DNA of 12,770 bases from an uncultured bacterium (GTDB taxonomy: Bacteria; JAJVIF01; JAPKYR01): positions 1 to 12,770 of the forward strand of contig CBDURU010000102.1 in NCBI GenBank assembly GCA_965369865.1. The letters are read 5' to 3'. Under the pieces are notes generated by a model. The model saw nothing but the letters and a program-made list of their open reading frames with translations, was not told the DNA's origin and did not search any database. This document shows, in pieces, positions 7,369-12,770 of this stretch. Every line of letters starts with the position of its first letter. The stretch's first letter is position 1. The position numbers and the translations under genes were made by a program.

Positions 7369-8178
7369 TTAGGGTAGTAACTCCACAAAATTTCTCCATT
7401 CAGTGAGATTAGCTAACACTTCTTTGGGATTACTTGTCATCCAATCTCTCAAGCTTGTCCTAAATTTACCGGGTTCCCCTAAACCTTTAGTTTGGAGCCA
7501 TTGTCGCAAGCCAGCCAGCAAATCTTTACCTGAAAACCAAAGAAGAATATTGTCTATTGTCATAAAATCATCACTGGAAAATAGTGTGACCTTCTTTTCA
7601 AATGCGTCTATCACTTTAGAACTGATTAGGGAATCACCTATCTTTATTTTATGGTCTTGGGCGTTTTGCTCAGCCCAAGTCTTGCACCATTCGTAATCTG
7701 GATTATCAGGGAGAGCATATTTATCCGGGTCTATATTCGATGGGTGAGTCTCAAGCACATAAAAAGGTGGTAACCCGCGACGTACTATACCTACAGCCCA
7801 TCGAGCAGCCTCATAGTAGTAAATCCTTGATCCAGCATCAATAAGTGCATTCTCATATTGCTTGCGATCTAATCCCGTGGCTTTACACACCACTGAGGGA
7901 TCAACCATGTAATTCTCAATTTCATGACGCTTCCATCGATATCCGATATCATCTATTTTGTGAGGTCCTGCGCTCATATCAGGGTCAAAATCGAAATCCC
8001 GGTCCCGCAGGAATAAATGATTTGGATTTTTGGTATCTTCACGTACCCAGTTAACTATCAAAGGGAGTGAGCGTTTGCCTGCACCTTTGTTAGGCACTAC
8101 CGTCCATCCAGATTTCAGGATGGGAAAGAGTAACAGGGCATCAAGTTCGCCTTCAACAAAAAGCTTGTTCTCTCTCAT
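7369..8178 (-). CDS. DUF4435-like TOPRIM nuclease (AriB-like effector of a PARIS-like system)
   Basis: N-terminal LFVEGELD, GAGK, DxD motif RDRDFD, HEIENY and C-terminal SGKDLL, the pattern of DUF4435/OLD-type TOPRIM domains. Start overlaps the ATPase stop (ATGA, 8175-8178). Confidence 0.75.
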   Translation of the reverse strand: MRENKLFVEGELDALLLFPILKSGWTVVPNKGAGKRSLPLIVNWVREDTKNPNHLFLRDRDFDFDPDMSAGPHKIDDIGYRWKRHEIENYMVDPSVVCKATGLDRKQYENALIDAGSRIYYYEAARWAVGIVRRGLPPFYVLETHPSNIDPDKYALPDNPDYEWCKTWAEQNAQDHKIKIGDSLISSKVIDAFEKKVTLFSSDDFMTIDNILLWFSGKDLLAGLRQWLQTKGLGEPGKFRTSLRDWMTSNPKEVLANLTEWRNFVELLP

Positions 8179-9284
8179 ACAACTCGACCCTTTTCGAGAC
8201 GGACCTCGTATTCCAATGGAATAACATCGGAAAGGAATTCAGAATGGGTTGTGATGATGTATTGGCAGTCAGGACCTATTATCGGCAATGCTCGAAGTAA
8301 AGCCTGTTGTTGCGGAGGATGCAGGTGCAATTCTAATTCATCGATAAGAACAATAGATTTTGACTTAGCGATGTCAAGCCGAACAAATTCATAAAGAAGT
8401 GGGAAAATCGCTTGTTCCCCGGACGACATCTCTGCGATGTCATATTCTTGGCCACCTCTTTCAAGCATGAAATACCAATCATTAAGGGGTGTAGCATGCT
8501 GTTCACCTGGCCTGCTACCTGCGAATTTTGTGCCTGGGAAAAGGCTTGAAAATAAACCCTCAAGTTCTTGAATGTAATCTTTTATACCGGGTTTTTGCGG
8601 TGATGTGTGGTAACTCCACCATTTAACCATAATGTCCCTAAGCTGATCGACGCCTGTTGGCCATTTTTCAACCTCATGCTTTTCATTACTTACATCATTT
8701 TTACTCGTCAATACTGCTGTGTTAATATTCCTGTTTTGATCGAACCAAAAGATATCACCAAGCTTGAAGAATTCTCCTTTGTCGCTGGGATCGGTTTTAA
8801 TTATTTCATTAAGGAAATATCTCCCCTGAAAAATACTAACTCCATGTGGTTTTTCATTGATTGAAACCTGGCTTGACTCCAGCTCTCCCCATTTGTATTT
8901 AAGAAATATTTCTGTTTGATTTCCAGGTGGATCTACGGAATAACTACTACGTTTGGTTGCGGGACCTTTGGACCATCTTTGATAAAGTTCTTGAGTTGCT
9001 TTGATTTCATCCTCTTCAAATAATACTTTGATTTCTACCTCAGTCTCACCTCGGCTTGATACTCGTTCTGATAGGAAACCATCCCAGTTAAAACGCCAAG
9101 GTACGTTGGTGCGTCCAGTTGCCATTGACAAAACCAACGCTATCGCCTGCAAAACCGTGGTTTTTCCCGATCCGTTGTCTCCTAGAAGCGCAGTGACTTG
9201 TCTAGGTCCAGAAGACCCCATAAAATCGATCTCGACCTTTTCAATCCCCTTAAAATTCCTGATTGATACCCATTTGAGTTTCAT
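8175..9284 (-). CDS. ABC-type ATPase (AAA_21/AAA_15-like; AriA/PtuA/OLD-like)
   Basis: N-terminal IRNFKGI, Walker A GDNGSGKT, signature MSSGE, Walker B VLIDELELHLHP, H-loop ITTHS; RBS GAGGAG at 9295-9290. Confidence 0.9.
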   Translation of the reverse strand: MKLKWVSIRNFKGIEKVEIDFMGSSGPRQVTALLGDNGSGKTTVLQAIALVLSMATGRTNVPWRFNWDGFLSERVSSRGETEVEIKVLFEEDEIKATQELYQRWSKGPATKRSSYSVDPPGNQTEIFLKYKWGELESSQVSINEKPHGVSIFQGRYFLNEIIKTDPSDKGEFFKLGDIFWFDQNRNINTAVLTSKNDVSNEKHEVEKWPTGVDQLRDIMVKWWSYHTSPQKPGIKDYIQELEGLFSSLFPGTKFAGSRPGEQHATPLNDWYFMLERGGQEYDIAEMSSGEQAIFPLLYEFVRLDIAKSKSIVLIDELELHLHPPQQQALLRALPIIGPDCQYIITTHSEFLSDVIPLEYEVRLEKGRVV

Positions 9285-9335
9285 GTCAACTCCTCGAATT
9301 ACGACAGCTATACCCCAGAGTGGTTAACACACAAG

Positions 9336-9344
9336 ATTATAACA
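9336..9344 (-). promoter_or_regulatory. Candidate extended -10 promoter inside the islet
   Basis: TGTTATAAT (TGn-TATAAT) on the minus strand ~50 nt upstream of the ATPase ATG; no good -35. Confidence 0.5.
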
Positions 9345-9441
9345 TTAAACTGGAATTCTGTTCTGGATACGCCCTTAAGTAGCCTAATACCATAGACATA
9401 TTAGAAATATGTTTAATCGGGAGGATGAAATTTTAAAAATC

Positions 9442-9518
9442 TGGTCGGGCAGCCGAGATTTGAACTCGGGACCCCTAGCCCCCCATGCTAGTGCGCTACC
9501 GGACTGCGCCACTGCCCG
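9442..9518 (-). tRNA. tRNA-Pro(GGG)
   Basis: CGGGCAG...CTGCCCG-A-CCA; anticodon arm CTAGC-ATGGGGG-GCTAG; T arm with GTTCAAATC; 77 nt. Confidence 0.97.
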
Positions 9519-9590
9519 ACATTTATAATTATTACAAAATTATCCGATTCTCTTGCTTCGGATTATATCTTAAATAGTATTGTTTTCAAT

Positions 9591-9666
<76 letters not shown>

Positions 9667-9704
9667 ATAACTTCGCTTCCTCGGTTTTATTCTACTTAAA
9701 TTTC

Positions 9705-9782
9705 TGGCGGGACGGACGGGACTCGAACCCGCGACCTTCAGATTGACAGTCTGATATTCTAACCAAGCTGAACTACCGCCCC
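9705..9782 (-). tRNA. tRNA-Asp(GTC)
   Basis: GGGGCGG...CCGTCCC-G-CCA; anticodon arm TCAGA-CTGTCAA-TCTGA; 78 nt. Confidence 0.97.
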
Positions 9783-9812
9783 GCGCTCATTTCCTGATAA
9801 CCGAGCTTTAAA

Positions 9813-9842
9813 ATTATACTCCACTTCTATTTATTACCGCAA
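9813..9842 (-). promoter_or_regulatory. Candidate internal promoter upstream of tRNA-Asp
   Basis: TTGCGG (9842-9837), 18 nt, TATAAT (9818-9813). Confidence 0.5.
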
Positions 9843-9885
9843 GCCCGATTTTTTATATGAAGCTTATTAAGCATGCTTTTCGGAG

Positions 9886-9962
9886 TGGTACCCCCAACGG
9901 GATTTGAACCCGTGCTGCCACCTTGAAAGAGTGGTGTCCTAGGCCGTCTAGACGATGGGGGC
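9886..9962 (-). tRNA. tRNA-Glu(TTC)
   Basis: GCCCCCA...TGGGGGT-A-CCA; anticodon arm CCACT-CTTTCAA-GGTGG; 77 nt. Confidence 0.97.
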
Positions 9963-10010
9963 ACGTAATATGAATTTCCTTTATTTTTCCAAGGTTCAAC
10001 GATTTTCTTC

Positions 10011-10086
10011 TGGTAGGCCGTGTGGGAATCGAACCCACGACACCCGGATTAAAAGTCCGGTGCTCTACCAACTGAGCTAACGGCCT
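10011..10086 (-). tRNA. tRNA-Lys(TTT)
   Basis: AGGCCGT...ACGGCCT-A-CCA; anticodon arm CCGGA-CTTTTAA-TCCGG; 76 nt. Confidence 0.97.
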
Positions 10087-10119
10087 TCGCGCTTCAAATA
10101 TTCAATGCACGAACTTTTA

Positions 10120-10148
10120 AGGCTACCAACTATTACAATATTTGTCAA
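10120..10148 (-). promoter_or_regulatory. Sigma70 promoter of the tRNA cluster
   Basis: TTGACA (10148-10143), 17 nt ending in TGG, TAGCCT (10125-10120), 33 nt upstream of tRNA-Lys. Confidence 0.65.
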
Positions 10149-10258
10149 TCTTACCCCGGTAAATGCCAGGGTCCGGCTCTGACTTTTACTCTCAAACTCC
10201 CGGACACATCATATTTTCTCCATTTCCCCCCATTTTGTGCCTTTCGTTTCATTTTTTT

Positions 10259-10288
10259 GGTAAAAGGGGACAGGGTAAAAGGGGAGAG
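10259..10288. repeat. Tandem 15-bp duplication
   Basis: GGTAAAAGGGGACAG followed by GGTAAAAGGGGAGAG. Confidence 0.7.
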
Positions 10289-10347
10289 TGACCTATTGAT
10301 TTTGATTTATAATTAAGCTAATAATCCGATATGCCCGCAACTACTGA

Positions 10348-10413
10348 CGCCGACAAGCTACGCAGGCTCCGCTTGTCGTCGGCACCCACTTTGTAGCTTG
10401 GCGTCGGCACCCA
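10348..10413. repeat. REP-like cluster downstream of rplI (hairpin plus 18-bp direct repeat)
   Basis: GCTTGTCGTCGGCACCCA (10371-10388) and GCTTGGCGTCGGCACCCA (10396-10413); CGACAAGC (10351-10358) pairs with GCTTGTCG (10371-10378). Confidence 0.65.
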
Positions 10414-10430
10414 TGCTCCCGAACAGATCC

Positions 10431-10886
10431 CTACTCCTCAGCCTTAACAACTTCCACTTTTCCCTCAACCTCAATTTCGGGATGCAGCTTGATTTTATAA
10501 TCATGGATTCCAAGTGTTTTAATCGGTTCAGGCACGGAAATTTTCCGTTTATCGATTTCTATCTCAAGGAAAAGCCCGATCGCTGTAGCGATCTGCTGGG
10601 TGGTAATCGACCCGTAAAGCTTATTCCCCCTCCCCCCTACTTTGCCGGGAAGCTGGATAGTATAGCCATCCAGTTTCTCGCCCAATTTCCTGGCGTTATC
10701 AAGTTCACGGTCGGATCGGCGGATCGCAACCCGTTTGAGCTCCTCGATTTCCGCTAACGCTTTTTTGGTCAGCGTCTGCGCCATACCTCGCGGCATGAGA
10801 TAGTTTCGTCCATAGCCCGATTTTACTTCGACGACATCACCCGCCTGACCGAGATTAGGTACGTTCTCTAATAATATAACCTTCAT
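10431..10886 (-). CDS. rplI: 50S ribosomal protein L9
   Basis: MKVILLENVPNLGQAGDVVEVKSGYGRNYLMP; KLYGSIT; IKTLGIHDYKIKLHPEI. Confidence 0.98.
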   Translation of the reverse strand: MKVILLENVPNLGQAGDVVEVKSGYGRNYLMPRGMAQTLTKKALAEIEELKRVAIRRSDRELDNARKLGEKLDGYTIQLPGKVGGRGNKLYGSITTQQIATAIGLFLEIEIDKRKISVPEPIKTLGIHDYKIKLHPEIEVEGKVEVVKAEE

Positions 10887-10971
10887 GGCAGATCTTCACC
10901 TCTCATTAAAACACCCGTGGGACTTAGCGTAGCCGGTAATTTGAGAATCCACGGAGATCCGTTCCTGCCGG

Positions 10972-11244
10972 CTAGTCGATTGTGTACGGAACGAGCGCGA
11001 TTTCGCGGGCTTTTTTGATATGCCGCGCAAGCTCCCGCTGGTGTTTCGGGCAGGTTCCGGTCCGGCGCCTTGGCAGTATCTTTCCTCGATCGCTCATGAA
11101 TTTACGCATAAGCTCGATGTCCTTATAATCGATCTCAGCGGTTCGGCTTGCACAGAAAAAACAGACCTTCCTTCTTCTGGGCCTGAATCCACGCCGTTTT
11201 TTATTCGAGGAGCGGGAATAGCCACCACTTCTTCGTTTTCCCAT
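10972..11244 (-). CDS. rpsR: 30S ribosomal protein S18 (zinc-binding C+ form)
   Basis: [43 protein letters not shown]. Confidence 0.98.
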   Translation of the reverse strand: MGKRRSGGYSRSSNKKRRGFRPRRRKVCFFCASRTAEIDYKDIELMRKFMSDRGKILPRRRTGTCPKHQRELARHIKKAREIALVPYTID

Positions 11245-11330
11245 GGTCTAAACGTCTCCTTCAGTTATTTTTATTCTGTCAGCACTGATTTATAACCAGC
11301 GCTTCAGGTGGTCAATGTTATACATGAACC

Positions 11331-11912
11331 CTAAAGAGGTGTTCCCTCTGTCTCATCACTGAACCAGGTGTTTTCAGAAGGTTCATCGGGTTCTTCTTCA
11401 ACATGAACCTGACTTTGCCCCGGCTCGGGATTTTCACTAGTGGCAGAAACAGTATCCGCCTTAACAGGCTTCTGTTGTACGGTTGCTCCGGCGTCAGATT
11501 CAATCTTTACCGGTTCAGCCTTATCTCCGGAAGCATGCTGTTCGTTCGCTGTCGTGGTTTCAGCATCTGTCCGTCTTCCCGTCTCAGACCTCGGTTTGGC
11601 TCCCTCCAGGAACCGTACATCATCGGCATGGATTTCGACAATGATCCTGCGGTCATTATTTGGCGACTGGAGCACGCGGTTCTGCAACTTGCCGTCAACC
11701 GCGATCATGCGTCCCCTCTCCAGGAACCGGCAGCAGGTTTCGGCCAGTTTACGCCATGTAACCACGCGGAAAACATCACGCTCGTAACGGCCCTGCCCGT
11801 TCGGTATATTCCTGCGCACCGAAAGGGAGAAATTCGCAACCGGTATTCCTGTCGATGTATGCCTTAGTTCAGGTGTTGACTCCAGACGCCCAACTAAAAC
11901 TATCCTGTTCAT
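11331..11912 (-). CDS. ssb: Single-stranded DNA-binding protein
   Basis: MNRIVLVGRL..PELRHTSTGIPVANFSLSV..VVTWRKLAE..GRMIAVDGKLQ OB fold; canonical position between rpsF and rpsR. Confidence 0.95.
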   Translation of the reverse strand: MNRIVLVGRLESTPELRHTSTGIPVANFSLSVRRNIPNGQGRYERDVFRVVTWRKLAETCCRFLERGRMIAVDGKLQNRVLQSPNNDRRIIVEIHADDVRFLEGAKPRSETGRRTDAETTTANEQHASGDKAEPVKIESDAGATVQQKPVKADTVSATSENPEPGQSQVHVEEEPDEPSENTWFSDETEGTPL

Positions 11913-11964
11913 ACTTCACCAACCTGTTTCATGCCCCGGCCCATTCACCGTTTAATGGTACTGA

Positions 11965-12273
11965 TCATTCTTTTGATTTACTTTTCCTGATTTCCCGGGA
12001 TGTGAGCATATACCTGATGATTCGCTCGTCGATCTTAAGCTGATCCTTCAATTTCCCAGGGTTACCCGGCGGAAATTTTAATTCTACGAGAGTATAAATC
12101 CCCTCTGTAAAATCTTTCACCTCGAAAGCAAGCTGCCGTTTACCCCAGGCGTCTTCCTTATCGACCACTCCGTCGAGCTCAGTGATTATATTCTGTACAT
12201 CTGACCGTAATGTCCCAATGTCCTGGTCGTTTAGATCAGGCTTTGAGATGTATATTAATTCATAATTTCTCAC
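11965..12273 (-). CDS. rpsF: 30S ribosomal protein S6
   Basis: Start moved to GTG 12273 (GGAGG at 12283-12279): MRNYELIYISKPDL..WGKRQLAFEVK..EGIY..IIRYML. Confidence 0.96.
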   Translation of the reverse strand: MRNYELIYISKPDLNDQDIGTLRSDVQNIITELDGVVDKEDAWGKRQLAFEVKDFTEGIYTLVELKFPPGNPGKLKDQLKIDERIIRYMLTSREIRKSKSKE

Positions 12274-12301
12274 GTTTTCCTCCACGTGACACAAACTATG
12301 C

Positions 12302-12330
12302 ATTCTACCAAAGAAACCCTCAACTGGCAA
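12302..12330 (-). promoter_or_regulatory. Sigma70 promoter of the rpsF operon
   Basis: TTGCCA (12330-12325), 17 nt ending in TGG, TAGAAT (12307-12302). Confidence 0.7.
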
Positions 12331-12371
12331 GGGGTACAGGGGACTGCGGGATAGAATGGGTACATAATGAC

Positions 12372-12426
12372 GGTCAATCACCCACAAGCTTTATCGAAAT
12401 TCCAGATACTCTGCACTTTGTCAGGT
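12372..12426. repeat. 55-bp exact direct repeat, copy 1
   Basis: GGTCAATCACCCACAAGCTTTATCGAAATTCCAGATACTCTGCACTTTGTCAGGT, identical to 12716-12770. Confidence 0.95.
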
Positions 12427-12445
12427 GATATAAGAATTTTATAAT
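12418..12445 (+). promoter_or_regulatory. Candidate sigma70 promoter facing the hairpin element
   Basis: TTGTCA (12418-12423), 16 nt, TATAAT (12440-12445). The surrounding DNA is AT-rich, so a chance match is possible. Confidence 0.4.
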
Positions 12446-12462
12446 ATAAATATATAGTTAAA

Positions 12463-12611
12463 CGCTTGTGGGCGGCACCCGGGGGCAATTGTGTTGGGAA
12501 AGAATGGGTACACAATGACCGGTGGCGCCTCTATAATCGCTCCGCGATTTTAGAGGTGAATCTCCTTATGGTGAAACTACTCATTCTCCCCCCGGGTGCC
12601 GCCCATAAGCG
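12463..12611 (+). other. 149-nt rod-like hairpin element (candidate ncRNA or MITE/REP-like element)
   Basis: Nested stems: 12463-12485/12589-12611 (23 bp), 12501-12510/12578-12587 (10 bp), 12526-12540/12544-12558 (apical). Confidence 0.6.
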
Positions 12612-12715
12612 CTCTTCCGAAAACCGATGCGTTAAAATTATAAATTGAAATACCATGTGGAAATAATGGATATTCAACCTGTTGAGCTTATGGGTGATAC
12701 AAATTCCGCTGCATA

Positions 12716-12770
12716 GGTCAATCACCCACAAGCTTTATCGAAATTCCAGATACTCTGCACTTTGTCAGGT
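12716..12770. repeat. 55-bp exact direct repeat, copy 2, running to the window end
   Basis: Identical to 12372-12426, offset 344 bp. Confidence 0.95.

Larger units (their letters stand above)
7269..9507. mobile_element. Genomic islet integrated at tRNA-Pro(GGG), 2,167 bp per excisable unit, no integrase
   Basis: Bounded by perfect 72-bp direct repeats offset by 2167 bp. Interior looks more AT-rich than the flanking genes. It holds only two substantial genes, neither a recombinase. Confidence 0.85.

Noticed and set aside
9285..9435. Retron msr-msd or Septu/retron assignment for the ATPase
   Set aside because: No reverse transcriptase, no long a1/a2 inverted repeat, and the partner is TOPRIM-like rather than HNH.
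9853..10071. 72-aa ORF
   Set aside because: Translation of the tRNA-Lys and tRNA-Glu genes.
12274..12731. N-terminal extension of rpsF and ORFs 12466..12648 and 12531..12731
   Set aside because: They run through the promoter and repeats; both MWVID starts come from the 55-bp repeat.

Overview
Bacterial chromosomal segment, probably ending at a contig end. Left part: a lipoprotein gene cut by the window edge (missed by the ORF track) with two tandem ~101-aa FN3-like 'PPVW' modules, a divergent secreted VIT+vWA protein, a repeat-rich spacer, and a convergent multidomain S8 subtilase lipoprotein carrying a third copy of the PPVW module. Right part, all on the minus strand: the rpsF-ssb-rpsR-rplI operon and five tRNA genes (Lys-UUU, Glu-UUC, Asp-GUC, Phe-GAA, Pro-GGG). 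The main observation is a 2,167-bp islet with no integrase inserted at tRNA-Pro(GGG) and bounded by a perfect 72-bp direct repeat (7269-7340 = 9436-9507). It carries only a translationally coupled ABC-type ATPase and a DUF4435-like TOPRIM nuclease, resembling the PARIS (AriA/AriB) anti-phage pair, and lies downstream of a tRNA cluster containing tRNA-Lys(UUU), the known AriB substrate. Upstream of rpsF is a mosaic of repeats including a 149-nt rod-like hairpin (candidate ncRNA or MITE/REP element). All family assignments come from motifs read by eye; no database searches were run.
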